The notes: generated from the letters alone by a model not told the origin. 64,000 bases of DNA from Pelagibacteraceae bacterium AG-337-G06 (GCA_003282175.1 QBZX01000002.1:50742-114741); one strand, 5' to 3'. Counted from the stretch's first letter, positions 1 to 10,496 are shown. Numbers and translations are program-made.

Positions 1-2
1 GA

Positions 3-770
3 TTAGATCATGATTGGATCAAAAAGCACTTGCCAGAAGATAGAAGTGTTAAATTTGAAAATATCACTAATCAAATGGGGGTATTGGTTGTTGCAGGACC
101 TAAGTCTAGGGAGTTACTAGAACGTGTTTCCTCTGATGATTTCAGCAATGAAGCTTTCCCATGGTTATCAGGCAAGAATATTAAAATTGGCAGCGCTGAA
201 ACATTGGCAATAAGAGTTAACTTTGTTGGTGAACTTGGATGGGAAATACATTCGCCGATTGAGGTTCAAAATCATATTTTTGATGCATTAATGGATGCAG
301 GTCAAGATCTGGGTTTGAAACCTTTTGGAATCAGAGCCATGGACTCATTAAGATTAGAAAAATCTTATAAGCTAATCGGTACAGAGTTATCAATTGAGTA
401 TGCTGGATATGAGTCGGGCATTGATAGATTCATTCATCCAAATAAAGGTCAATTTATTGGAAGAGATGCACTAGTACAATGGAGGGAAAAAGGCTTTGAA
501 AATCATTTTGTCACGTTAGAAGTACACGGGGTCACGGATGCTGATGTTTTAGGCAACAATCCTATCTACTGTAATGGAAAGGTAGTAGGCAGAGCAACAG
601 GTGGTAATTATGGATTTAGAGTAAATAAATCACTTGCTCTTGCAATGGTGAATCCTGCTCAGTCAGAAGTTGGTACAAAATTACAAATTGATATATTAGG
701 CAATATGCACGATGTGACAGTTATACCAGAGAGCCCGTATGATCCTAAAAATGACAAAATAAGAGCTTAA
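3..770 (+). CDS. GcvT-family protein, C-terminal part of a dimethylglycine/sarcosine dehydrogenase-like enzyme (truncated by window edge)
   Basis: Frame is open from position 3 (LDHDWIKKHLPED...). Folate-binding motifs RVNFVGELGWEIH, FGIRAMDSLRLEKSY and GQFIGRDAL; adjacent to the sox operon. Confidence 0.85.
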   Translation, partial: LDHDWIKKHLPEDRSVKFENITNQMGVLVVAGPKSRELLERVSSDDFSNEAFPWLSGKNIKIGSAETLAIRVNFVGELGWEIHSPIEVQNHIFDALMDAGQDLGLKPFGIRAMDSLRLEKSYKLIGTELSIEYAGYESGIDRFIHPNKGQFIGRDALVQWREKGFENHFVTLEVHGVTDADVLGNNPIYCNGKVVGRATGGNYGFRVNKSLALAMVNPAQSEVGTKLQIDILGNMHDVTVIPESPYDPKNDKIRA

Positions 771-781
771 ATAAATATTTT

Positions 782-1834
782 GTGTCTAGTGCAATCACCC
801 TCTACAAGAAAATCCTTTCAGAAGAGCAAGTAGAATATAATCATAAACAAGAACTATTAATTTACGAACTTGATAAGTTCTTAAATTATAAAAAAAAGAG
901 TTTTATTCTTAAAATATTTGATATACCGAACAATAGAAATAAGAAATGTTTCTATATTCATGGAGGTGTTGGCATTGGCAAGACTCTCATTATGGATCTT
1001 TTTAAGGACTCAGTAAAAAATAAACAAAGAATTCATTTTCATAAATTCATGATCGAAGTTCACGACGAATTGCATTCTTTAAGAAGTCAAAATAAAGCTA
1101 AAGAATTTTTAATTGCCCAGCTAGCAAAAAAAATTAAAGATAGATACGAATTTATTTTTTTTGATGAATTCCAAGTAACCAATATTGCTGATGCTATGAT
1201 ACTTGGCCATCTATTTAATGAGTTATTTAAAAATAATGTATATGTAATACTAACATCAAATAGTAAGCCAGAAGATTTGTATAAAGACGGTTTGCAAAGA
1301 GAGTTGTTTCTTCCGTTCATAAAAATAGTAAAAGATAATTCAATTATTTATCACTTAGACATAGATACAGATTACAGAACGAAAAATCTAAATAATCGAG
1401 AGACCTTTTTTATTGCGAACTCTTCAGTGAGTAGTCTTAGAATATCGGATATATATGAAAAAATGATAGAAGGGTATAAACCTAAGGATGAAATTATATC
1501 AATAAAAAAGAGAGACTTTGTCATAAGAAGACTAGCAAATCGCATTGCTTGGTTTCAGTTTGAGCAAATTTGCGGAGGACATATTGGTGCCGAGGACTAT
1601 CTTGAGATGATTAAGCATATAGATAAAATTATAGTTGAGAATGTACCAATTTTTAGCAATGCCAACGCGAATATGCAGGAGAGGTTTATCAACCTGATTG
1701 ATGTACTTTATGATAATCAAATTCAAATTATTATTAGTTCTGATAAAGAAATTGAAAAGTTAGGAAGTGCGTTTTACCTTAAAGATAAATTTCAAAGGAC
1801 TTTAAGTAGATTAATTGAAATGAGATCTAACTAG
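782..1834 (+). CDS. zapE: ZapE / AFG1-family ATPase
   Basis: Walker A GGVGIGKT, RIHFHKFM, Walker B FFDEFQVTNIADAMIL, TSN..PEDLYKDGLQRELFLPFI, C-terminal FQRTLSRLIEM. Confidence 0.92.
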   Translation: MSSAITLYKKILSEEQVEYNHKQELLIYELDKFLNYKKKSFILKIFDIPNNRNKKCFYIHGGVGIGKTLIMDLFKDSVKNKQRIHFHKFMIEVHDELHSLRSQNKAKEFLIAQLAKKIKDRYEFIFFDEFQVTNIADAMILGHLFNELFKNNVYVILTSNSKPEDLYKDGLQRELFLPFIKIVKDNSIIYHLDIDTDYRTKNLNNRETFFIANSSVSSLRISDIYEKMIEGYKPKDEIISIKKRDFVIRRLANRIAWFQFEQICGGHIGAEDYLEMIKHIDKIIVENVPIFSNANANMQERFINLIDVLYDNQIQIIISSDKEIEKLGSAFYLKDKFQRTLSRLIEMRSN

Positions 1835-1846
1835 AAATAAATTTAT

Positions 1847-3076
1847 ATGAAGATAGCAGTTATAGGCGCAGGAATTGTTGGCATCTCTTCTGCTAATTGG
1901 CTACAGAAATACGGACAAGATGTAACGTTATTCGACATGAATGATCCTGGCAGTCAAGCAAGCTTTGGGAATGCAGGAACCTATGCAAGGTATGCTAATA
2001 TTCCTACTAACTCTTCATCATTTTTTTATCTTTTCCCATATCTTCTTTTAAACAAAAACAGTCCTCTTTTTATAAGATTTAAAAGACTCAATAGGACTTT
2101 GCCTTGGATTCTTAATTATTTATACAACTGCAGAAATAGCAATGTAAACGTAACAGTAAAGAATTTAACCAAGCTTCTTTCTAAAATGGATGACGGATAT
2201 GAAGAATTGTTTAAAGAGGCTGGTGTAGAACCTTATTTATCTAGAAATTCTATTATGTACGGATGGTCAACAAGATTATTTTTTAATTCAGCAAAAAAAG
2301 ATTTTAGTAAACGTGAACAAACAGGAATAAAGATCCAAATCCTTAATCATGATGACATCTCAGATTTAGAGCCAAATATAAATAATATTTTCTATAAAGG
2401 TGCATTGTTTGAGGGTAGTTATTTTGCAAAGAACCCAAAAAAAGTAAGTGAGCTATTAACCGAGTTATTTGTGAGTAAGGGGGGCATTTTCAAAAAAGAA
2501 AAAGTAACAAATATTGAAAAGTTAGAAAAAAGTAAATTGCAAATAAGTACAGGCATTACAAGTGAAGTATTTGACAGAGTTATTATTGCTTCTGGAGTCT
2601 GGTCAAAAAGTTTGGTAGAAGCAACAGGCGACAAAGTGCCACTGGAAGCAGAGCGCGGCTATCACATTGTGAATCCCGAGCTAAAGGATATTATTTCACG
2701 TCCTATTTCTTGGCAAGAAAGAGGAACGTATTTTACTCCTATGGAAGATGGACTCAGAACTGGAGGAATAGTCGAATTTGGTGATACAAATTATGAAGAA
2801 AACCCTAGGGTTATTAATTTTTTAGAAAGAGCCCTTAAATCAATATTCCCACAGTCTAATCGTCCTAAACAATCTTGGGTTGGTTTTAGACCTTCCGTTC
2901 CAGATTCACTCCCAGTTATTGGACAATCTTCAAAAAACCCTTATATTTATTATTGTTTTGGTCATCAGCACATTGGATGGTCATTAGGAGGCATATCAGG
3001 AAAACTGATAGCCCAAAAAATTTGTGCAAATAAAACTGATATTGATTTAGCGCCCTACTCGTTGGAGAGACTTTAA
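1847..3076 (+). CDS. DadA-family FAD-dependent oxidoreductase (D-amino acid dehydrogenase-like)
   Basis: GAGIVG FAD motif, ASFGNAG, PLEAERGYH, WVGFRPSVPDSLPVIG, FGHQHIG. Confidence 0.85.
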   Translation: MKIAVIGAGIVGISSANWLQKYGQDVTLFDMNDPGSQASFGNAGTYARYANIPTNSSSFFYLFPYLLLNKNSPLFIRFKRLNRTLPWILNYLYNCRNSNVNVTVKNLTKLLSKMDDGYEELFKEAGVEPYLSRNSIMYGWSTRLFFNSAKKDFSKREQTGIKIQILNHDDISDLEPNINNIFYKGALFEGSYFAKNPKKVSELLTELFVSKGGIFKKEKVTNIEKLEKSKLQISTGITSEVFDRVIIASGVWSKSLVEATGDKVPLEAERGYHIVNPELKDIISRPISWQERGTYFTPMEDGLRTGGIVEFGDTNYEENPRVINFLERALKSIFPQSNRPKQSWVGFRPSVPDSLPVIGQSSKNPYIYYCFGHQHIGWSLGGISGKLIAQKICANKTDIDLAPYSLERL

Positions 3077-3078
3077 AT

Positions 3079-4320
3079 ATGAAATATTCTTTTTACAATT
3101 TAGTTCGTAACTCATTTTCATACCATGAGAATTGGGAAAAGGCATGGAGCAGTCCTGAGCTTAAACCCGAATATGATGTTATTATTGTAGGTGGAGGTGG
3201 TCATGGACTTGGTACAGCTTATTATCTAGCTAAAGAATTTGGTGTAAAAAATATTGCTGTTCTTGAAAAAGGCTGGATAGGTGGTGGCAATACTGGTCGA
3301 AATACAACAATTATACGCTCTAACTATTTATGGGATGAAAGTGCAGCACTTTATAATCATGCAGTTAATTTGTGGGAAGGTCTTTCAAGTGAACTAAATT
3401 TTAATGTAATGTTTTCTCAGCGTGGACTATTTCATCTAGCCCATTCAGTTCATGACATGCAAGAAATCACTAGAAGAGGATATTCAAATTACTTGAATGG
3501 AATAGACGCTGAGATTTTAAACCAGGATCAAGTTGCAAAAAAAATTCCTCACATGAATATACACGGCAGATATCCCGTGTTAGGCGCATTGCTTCAAAGG
3601 CGAGCAGGTACCGCAAGACACGATGCTGTTGCCTGGGGATATGCAAGGGCTGCTGAAAATCTTGGTGTTGATATAATTCAAAATTGTGAGGTAAAAGGAA
3701 TAGATATTTCAAATGGAAAAGTTGTGGGCCTTCAAACAACAAAAGGCTCTGTTAAGGTCGATAAGGTAGGATTAGTGCCCGCAGGACATTCATCTGTATT
3801 AGCTGACATGGCAGGCTTTACTTTACCTATTAATTCTGTTCCTCTTCAAGCCCTTGTAAGTGAGCCGATTAAGCCAATTTTAGATTGTGTCATTATGTCT
3901 AATTCTGTACATGTTTATGTAAGTCAGTCTGATAAAGGTGAATTAGTTGTCGGTGCAGGTTCTGATGCATATAACTCATACTCTCAAAGAGGTTCATTTG
4001 ATATGATTGAACACATGATGGCTCCATTAGTTGAACTATTTCCAATATTTTCAAGGTTAAAAATGCTGAGAAGTTGGGGAGGTATTGTGGATGTAACACC
4101 TGATCGAAGCCCTATAATTGGAAAAACTCCAGTGAAAGATTTATTTATTAACTGCGGGTGGGGTACAGGAGGATTTAAAGCTACTCCAGGATCAGCCCAT
4201 GTATTTGCTGAAACTGTTTCAAAAGGTGAGCCGAATGATATTGCAGCTCCATTTTCACTAGACAGACATTATTCTGGCGCTTTAGTAGATGAAGCCGCAG
4301 CAGCAGCTGTAGCTCACTAA
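3079..4320 (+). CDS. soxB: Sarcosine oxidase beta subunit
   Basis: GGGGHGLGTAYYLAKE, GGNTGRNTTIIRSNY, ARHDAVAWGYAR, GWGTGGFKATPGS, C-terminal AAAAVAH. Confidence 0.96.
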   Translation: MKYSFYNLVRNSFSYHENWEKAWSSPELKPEYDVIIVGGGGHGLGTAYYLAKEFGVKNIAVLEKGWIGGGNTGRNTTIIRSNYLWDESAALYNHAVNLWEGLSSELNFNVMFSQRGLFHLAHSVHDMQEITRRGYSNYLNGIDAEILNQDQVAKKIPHMNIHGRYPVLGALLQRRAGTARHDAVAWGYARAAENLGVDIIQNCEVKGIDISNGKVVGLQTTKGSVKVDKVGLVPAGHSSVLADMAGFTLPINSVPLQALVSEPIKPILDCVIMSNSVHVYVSQSDKGELVVGAGSDAYNSYSQRGSFDMIEHMMAPLVELFPIFSRLKMLRSWGGIVDVTPDRSPIIGKTPVKDLFINCGWGTGGFKATPGSAHVFAETVSKGEPNDIAAPFSLDRHYSGALVDEAAAAAVAH

Positions 4321-4324
4321 TTTT

Positions 4325-4609
4325 ATGTTTGTTATTAACTGTCCATACTGTGGTGAAAGAGATCAAACTGAATTTTCGTGTCACGGGGAAGCTCATATAG
4401 CAAGACCCGATAATCCAGCAGAAGTTAGTGATGAAGAGTGGGGAGAGTACCTCTTCTTTAGAAATAATCCCAAAGGAATACATTTTGAAAGATGGACTCA
4501 TGACCATGGCTGTAGGCGATGGTTCAATGTGATGAGAGATACTGTCAGCGATAAAATTATCAAGACTTACAAGATGGGCGATCAAAAACCAGGAGTCACA
4601 GATGTCTAA
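4325..4609 (+). CDS. soxD: Sarcosine oxidase delta subunit
   Basis: CPYCGER..EF, RNNPKG..FERWTH.HGCRRWFN..RDT Zn-binding pattern; located between soxB and soxA. Confidence 0.95.
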   Translation: MFVINCPYCGERDQTEFSCHGEAHIARPDNPAEVSDEEWGEYLFFRNNPKGIHFERWTHDHGCRRWFNVMRDTVSDKIIKTYKMGDQKPGVTDV

Positions 4610-7607
4610 TCAAAATAGAACAATGTACGGTGGTCGAATTGATCGTGGCAAAGTTATAAATTTTGTTTTTAATGGAAAAAAATATAAAGGCTTTCACGGC
4701 GATACTTTAGCATCAGCATTGCTTGCCAATGATGTTCATTTGGTTGGGAGAAGTTTTAAATATCACCGCGCTAGAGGAATTTTAACTGCAGGTTCTGAGG
4801 AGCCCAATGCGATAGTTCAGTTAGGTTTAGGCGCAAGAACAGAACCAAATATGAGAGCGACAGAAATAGAGCTGTACGAAGGTCTTGAAGCAGCGAGTCA
4901 AAATTGTTGGCCTTCTGTAAATTACGATATTGGTTCATTAAATAATGTTTTATCAAGTATATTTCCTGCAGGCTTCTACTACAAAACTTTTAAATGGCCA
5001 CCAAGTTTATGGTTGTTTTATGAACACTTTATTAGAAAAGCAGCTGGACTGGGGCATTCACCAACTGCAAAGAATCCTGACCGCTATGAACAAAAGTTTT
5101 ACTATTGTGATTTGACAATCGTAGGTGGAGGAATATCGGGTTTACTATCTGCACTTGCCGCAGGTCGCTCAGGATGCAGCGTATTATTAATTGATGAAAA
5201 CCCTGAACTTGGAGGCTACTTATTAGATTATAATTTTTCAATTAATGAAAAAGATGGCATTAAATGGATAAAGAACATAGTCGATGAATTGTACTCAATG
5301 GATAATGTTCGTATTCTAAAACGAACTACTGCGATGGGATATTATGACTATAATTATCTTACAGCTCTAGAAAAAGTGACTAATCACTGTGATCAACTAT
5401 CAAAAACTCTACCACGAGAAAGATATTGGAGAGTAAGATCAAAAAAAATTGTATTAGCACAAGGGGCTTTTGAAAGACCACTTGTATTTGCCGATAATGA
5501 TAGGCCAGGAATAATGATGGCATCTGCGGGAAAGAAGTACTTATCAAGATATGGTGTTCTACCAGGTAAGTCTGTAGTCTTATTCACAAACAATGATCAT
5601 GCTTATCAAACGGCATTCGAGTTTAATGATAAAGGTGCAAAGTTATCAGTTGTTGATACGAGAGAGAATATTGATTCAAGAATTCAAAAAAAATGTGAAG
5701 ACCTTGGAATAAAACTATATTCGTCATCTTCAATAATCTCTACAAGTGGAAATAAAAAGGTTAATCAAATAGAAGTTCAAAAAGTCGATAGAAAACAAAA
5801 TGAACTGTCTGGTGAATGTATAACTCTGGACACTGATTGTATTTTAATGTCAGGTGGATGGAATCCAGCTGTTCAATTATTCAGTCAATCAAGAGGAAAA
5901 TTAAGATACGATAACTTATTAAATACCTTCGTTCCTGATAAATTAATTCAAGATCAAATTATTATTGGATGTAACAACGGATGTTTTGATCTATCAAAAA
6001 ACTTAAATCACTCTTATCAGGAGGGTCTTAATGTTGCCAAAGATCTAAACTATGAAATTGCAGATAGTATCAATTGGTCAGGTGAGGAAGAAATCTCCTT
6101 CACAGAGTCTTCAGTCGAACCTTATATGCTTGGCAAGAAAAAGGTTACAAAGGGGTCAAAGCATTTCATTGATTTTCAAAATGATGTCACGGCTTCCGAT
6201 ATTTTCTTAGCACAAAGAGAAGGGTATATCAGTGTCGAGCATACCAAAAGATATACAACAACTGGAATGGGAACGGATCAAGGGAAAACTTCAAATGTAA
6301 ACGCGCTCGCATTGATGTCACATATTCATGATAAACCAGTAGATGAAATAGGGCATACAACATTTAGACCTCCTTTTTCGCCTCAAACTTTTGGCGCAAT
6401 AGCAGGAAGAAGTGTTGACCATTTATTTGATCCCGAAAGAAGAACTTCAATTCACAAATGGCATGAAGAGAACAACGCTGTTTTTGAAGACGTAGGTCAG
6501 TGGAAAAGACCATATTATTTCCCAAAAAAGAAGGAAAATATCCATGATGCAGTAAAGAGAGAATGTTTAGCAGTACGGAATAGTCTTGGGATGCTTGACG
6601 CATCCACACTTGGTAAAATCGATTTAAGAGGGCCGGATACAACGAAATTTTTAAACATGATTTACACGAATGCCTGGTCAAAATTAGAAATTGGTTCTTG
6701 CAGGTATGGACTAATGTGCAATGAACATGGAATGATTTTTGATGACGGGGTAACTACCAGATTAGGTGAAGATCACTATCATATGACGACTACGACTGGT
6801 GGGGCAGCAAGAGTGATATCATGGCTAGAGGAATTTCTTCAAACAGAATGGTTAGACATGGAGGTATTTTGTACCTCAGTTACCGAGCAATGGACTGTTC
6901 TCTCAATTTCTGGTCCTAACTCAAGAAAATTTCTTCAGGAATTAACAGATATTGATTTATCAAAAGAAAATTTTCCTTTTATGAAATTTAGAGAGGGAAA
7001 AGTGTGTGGTATAGACTCAAGGGTTTTTAGAATAAGTTTTACTGGAGAATTGAGTTTTGAGGTCAATGTACCATCCCGATACGGTAGATTTGTTTGGGAG
7101 CAGTTTATGCAGCATGGTAAAAAATACAACATAACTCCATATGGCACTGAAACAATGCATGTTCTCAGAGCTGAAAAAGGATTTATTATCGTAGGACAAG
7201 ATACTGATGGAAGTGTTACTCCTATGGATATGAATATGGACTGGATAGTATCTAAAAAGAAACAAGATTTTTTAGGAAAACGATCATTTACAAGACCAGA
7301 TACTTTGCGTTCTGATAGAAAAAAATTTGTTGGGCTTCTTGTGAATGATAAAAAAACAGTTCTACCTGAAGGATCACATATTGTAGAAAAAGTACTTAAA
7401 CAGCCACCAATGAAAATGCTAGGACACGTAACATCAAGTTACTATAGCCCGATCTTGGGCCACCCGATAGCGCTCGCAATGGTTAAAAATGGCACAAACC
7501 GCCTTGGCGAAAAAGTTGAAATTCCCCTTATGAACGGAAAGGTTATAGAAGCGACAATCGCTGACACAGTTTTTTATGATAAGGAGGGAAATAAAAATAA
7601 TGAATAA
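4602..7607 (+). CDS. soxA: Sarcosine oxidase alpha subunit
   Basis: GDTLASALLAN, RSFKYHRARG, EHTKRYTTTGMGTDQGK, C-terminal GcvT-like domain; 1001 aa. Confidence 0.96.
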   Translation: MSNQNRTMYGGRIDRGKVINFVFNGKKYKGFHGDTLASALLANDVHLVGRSFKYHRARGILTAGSEEPNAIVQLGLGARTEPNMRATEIELYEGLEAASQNCWPSVNYDIGSLNNVLSSIFPAGFYYKTFKWPPSLWLFYEHFIRKAAGLGHSPTAKNPDRYEQKFYYCDLTIVGGGISGLLSALAAGRSGCSVLLIDENPELGGYLLDYNFSINEKDGIKWIKNIVDELYSMDNVRILKRTTAMGYYDYNYLTALEKVTNHCDQLSKTLPRERYWRVRSKKIVLAQGAFERPLVFADNDRPGIMMASAGKKYLSRYGVLPGKSVVLFTNNDHAYQTAFEFNDKGAKLSVVDTRENIDSRIQKKCEDLGIKLYSSSSIISTSGNKKVNQIEVQKVDRKQNELSGECITLDTDCILMSGGWNPAVQLFSQSRGKLRYDNLLNTFVPDKLIQDQIIIGCNNGCFDLSKNLNHSYQEGLNVAKDLNYEIADSINWSGEEEISFTESSVEPYMLGKKKVTKGSKHFIDFQNDVTASDIFLAQREGYISVEHTKRYTTTGMGTDQGKTSNVNALALMSHIHDKPVDEIGHTTFRPPFSPQTFGAIAGRSVDHLFDPERRTSIHKWHEENNAVFEDVGQWKRPYYFPKKKENIHDAVKRECLAVRNSLGMLDASTLGKIDLRGPDTTKFLNMIYTNAWSKLEIGSCRYGLMCNEHGMIFDDGVTTRLGEDHYHMTTTTGGAARVISWLEEFLQTEWLDMEVFCTSVTEQWTVLSISGPNSRKFLQELTDIDLSKENFPFMKFREGKVCGIDSRVFRISFTGELSFEVNVPSRYGRFVWEQFMQHGKKYNITPYGTETMHVLRAEKGFIIVGQDTDGSVTPMDMNMDWIVSKKKQDFLGKRSFTRPDTLRSDRKKFVGLLVNDKKTVLPEGSHIVEKVLKQPPMKMLGHVTSSYYSPILGHPIALAMVKNGTNRLGEKVEIPLMNGKVIEATIADTVFYDKEGNKNNE

Positions 7608-8181
7608 TGATAAAAACCATTTATCGCCATTAGCTTATAAAATCCCAATCAACTCAGATAATATTTCCCTGCAGCAAAATGAATTTATTGGAAAACTAAA
7701 TTTAAGAGTTAAAGAAAACGATCTTAAAGCTAGAGAAGTAGTTGAAAAACATTTTAACTATAATCTACCAAAATTGTCAGGAGAAGTTAGCGGCAACGAT
7801 GAAAGTAGAGTGTTATGGCTTGGACCCAATGAGTATCTGATACTATGTGGTGATGAAAATAAATCCAATATTATCAACATTTTAAAGGAAAAACTTAAGG
7901 AATCATTTTATTCTCTCACTGATGTTTCTGATTACTATCTTACAATGAGATTAAGCGGTCCTAAAAGTATTGAGGTGCTCAGTAAAGCATGCCCACTTAA
8001 TTTTGAAAAAAACTTACTGAAAAAAGACTCATGTGCACAATCATATATCAGCAAAGCAACAGTTTTGATTGACAGGCTATCTGATGAACCTGTTTTTGAT
8101 ATTTCTGTTCGATGGAGTTTTGCCGAATACTTATGGGACTGGTTAGCGGACTCAAGTAATGAATTTGTTATTAGTGAGTAA
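7600..8181 (+). CDS. soxG: Sarcosine oxidase gamma subunit
   Basis: LWLGPNEYL, TDVSD, VRWSFAEYLWDWL. ATG 7600 is preferred over 7576 because AAGGAGG lies at 7581-7587. Confidence 0.92.
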   Translation: MNNDKNHLSPLAYKIPINSDNISLQQNEFIGKLNLRVKENDLKAREVVEKHFNYNLPKLSGEVSGNDESRVLWLGPNEYLILCGDENKSNIINILKEKLKESFYSLTDVSDYYLTMRLSGPKSIEVLSKACPLNFEKNLLKKDSCAQSYISKATVLIDRLSDEPVFDISVRWSFAEYLWDWLADSSNEFVISE

Positions 8182-8189
8182 TAACTATT

Positions 8190-8537
8190 ATGAAAATATC
8201 ACTAGTTCTTGCTCTATCTCGATCAATATTTAAAAGATGCCCGCGTTGCGGTAAGGCAAGTATTTATAAAAAATATCTTAAGCTAAAATTAAATTGTAAT
8301 CATTGTGATGAAGATCTCTCAATTTATAGAACTGATGATTTTGGGCCATGGCTTACAATCATTATTGCTGGCCATATCATTGTTCCACTCGTTTTATTTA
8401 TTGAACAAGTTTATGCCCCTGATCTTTGGTTGCAAGCTGTGACGTGGATCCCATTAACTATTGCAACAGTACTTTTTATACTTCCAGTATCTAAGAGCAT
8501 TTGCTTAGCAATACTTTGGAATTTAAATGATAAATAA
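8190..8537 (+). CDS. DUF983-family small membrane protein
   Basis: RCPRCG...CNHCDEDL..YRTDDFGPWLTIII.GHI followed by two TM segments. Confidence 0.8.
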   Translation: MKISLVLALSRSIFKRCPRCGKASIYKKYLKLKLNCNHCDEDLSIYRTDDFGPWLTIIIAGHIIVPLVLFIEQVYAPDLWLQAVTWIPLTIATVLFILPVSKSICLAILWNLNDK

Positions 8538-9564
8538 TTTTATCAAAGCAGCTTTATTCAACTTTTTTCTATTGTATTCTTTTCAGGCTTACTCCAACGA
8601 AATAACTAATAGACCAGCACACCATCTAGCAGATGGTACATATGCAAATACAAGTGGAGTGGCATATGAGAGTAGCTTTAATAAATTATTAAAATGGAGT
8701 TGGGAGAGAAGAAGTAAAAATTTAGAAACTTTTGAATTCGAAGTTGAAATACCTAATTACAAAGAAATATATGAAAATGAAAATATCGTCATTACATGGA
8801 TTGGGCATGAGTCTTTTTTATATCAAAATAAAGACATTAATGTTCTTACGGATCCGCATTTTACAAAGAGAGCATCTCCATTAAATTTTGCAGGACCTAA
8901 GAGATATATGGCGCCAGGAATGAAAATCGACGATTTACCAAATATTGATGTAGTAACTATCTCACATAGTCATTATGACCATCTTGATTATACAAGTGTT
9001 AAATTACTATCTGAAAAATTTGAAAATATTCTTTTTCTTGTTCCTTTGGGTCTGAAAAAATGGTTTGAGAGCAAAGATATATATAACGTTAGAGAGCTTG
9101 ATTGGTGGGACTCAATTACAATTAAAGAAACACTTATCACCTTTGCGCCAGTGCAACATTGGTCTGCTCGTGGTTTATTTGATCGAAATGAAACTTTATG
9201 GGGCGCATGGCATTTTAAAAACAAGTTTCATAGTTTTATACACTTAGGGGATACAGGATATACAGATGATTTTCGAGTAATTAGAGAAAAGTTAGGTCCA
9301 GTTGATCTAGCAGCCATTCCCATTGGAGCCTATGAGCCAAGATGGATTATGGAATTTTCTCACATCAACCCTGAAGAAGCTGTGATGACATTCCTTGATC
9401 TAGAAGCGAGCAAAGCTATTGGTATGGCATGGGGAACTTTCATCTTGACTGATGAGCCAGTAAAGGAGCCTCCTCGTGAGTTATTAAAAGAACTAAAAAA
9501 ATCTAATATATCAAACGAAGATTTTTTTATTTTAAAGCATGGCGAAAGTTATCTGATTGATTGA
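8527..9564 (+). CDS. MBL-fold metallohydrolase, NAPE-PLD/RomA-like, with signal peptide
   Basis: TWIGHES, LTDPHF..RASP, SHSHYDHLD, PVQHWSAR, GDTGY, PIGAYEPRW.M..SH.NPEEA. Confidence 0.88.
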   Translation: MINNFIKAALFNFFLLYSFQAYSNEITNRPAHHLADGTYANTSGVAYESSFNKLLKWSWERRSKNLETFEFEVEIPNYKEIYENENIVITWIGHESFLYQNKDINVLTDPHFTKRASPLNFAGPKRYMAPGMKIDDLPNIDVVTISHSHYDHLDYTSVKLLSEKFENILFLVPLGLKKWFESKDIYNVRELDWWDSITIKETLITFAPVQHWSARGLFDRNETLWGAWHFKNKFHSFIHLGDTGYTDDFRVIREKLGPVDLAAIPIGAYEPRWIMEFSHINPEEAVMTFLDLEASKAIGMAWGTFILTDEPVKEPPRELLKELKKSNISNEDFFILKHGESYLID

Positions 9565-10439
9565 AGTTTAACTTTTGAAAGAAGAAATAAGGCAATAAAT
9601 GAGATATAGGCACCTAAAATAAAGGAACTCGCACTTATTTCGAACAATTCAGGTAAAATTACTTGAGCAAACACAGTTTCCAGGAATTTATTTAAAACTA
9701 GAAAAACAATTAATGCCAACGAGCATGACAAATAGTGCATGAAGCTATTTGATACTCGCTCGTAATTAAAATATCTTTTATCTAAATCTGATCCTATCAT
9801 GAAGCCTAATATAATTCCTCCTAGACCTGCAACTAATGCATAGCCATGTTCCATGGGCCACGAGAAATAAAATAAGATAAGTGCAATAATTACTGATGTG
9901 TATTTTAATCGATTACTAAATTTATATTTTCCTGAGTCAATATTTTGATAAAATAGATGTGCAGCATATAGAGTGAACAAACCTACTGTCATTCCACCAA
10001 GAATATCACCGATGTCGTGTACGCCCAGGTAGATACGGCTAAAAGGTATGCCCAATAAAAAAAAGATTGATACAATTTTTGCAAAGAGGTTCCGTACATT
10101 GAGTGCAATATAAAGCCATATAACAACTGCTATTTGAGTATGACCGCTTGGAAAGCCAAAAGAGGTTTCTGTTTGAAGCCACGGATCTATATTTAGATAA
10201 AGATCTGGTCTTGGATCTTGGAAAAAATCTTTTAACCAAGAATTAATTATTGCACTAAAAAAAACAATTAAAACTAGCCTGCCAAATATTTTTCTGTCAA
10301 AGCACCAATAAGTGAACGGAATGAACATAAAAAGAAAGTCTCTGTACCCAAGCCATGTTAAAAACTCAAATATCGGAGTTAAAATTGGAGATCTCAAGTT
10401 AACAACCCAAGAAATATCTGTTAGCATTTGATAAAACAT
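9549..10439 (-). CDS. PAP2-family membrane phosphatase
   Basis: K..FQDPRP, FGFPSGH and SRIYLGVH...D motifs; multiple TM helices. Confidence 0.88.
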   Translation of the reverse strand: MFYQMLTDISWVVNLRSPILTPIFEFLTWLGYRDFLFMFIPFTYWCFDRKIFGRLVLIVFFSAIINSWLKDFFQDPRPDLYLNIDPWLQTETSFGFPSGHTQIAVVIWLYIALNVRNLFAKIVSIFFLLGIPFSRIYLGVHDIGDILGGMTVGLFTLYAAHLFYQNIDSGKYKFSNRLKYTSVIIALILFYFSWPMEHGYALVAGLGGIILGFMIGSDLDKRYFNYERVSNSFMHYLSCSLALIVFLVLNKFLETVFAQVILPELFEISASSFILGAYISFIALFLLSKVKLQSIR

Positions 10440-10496
10440 TTACTCGTCTTATTTATTACATTATATAATCAATTTTTAGTTTTAAAATTAATTAAT

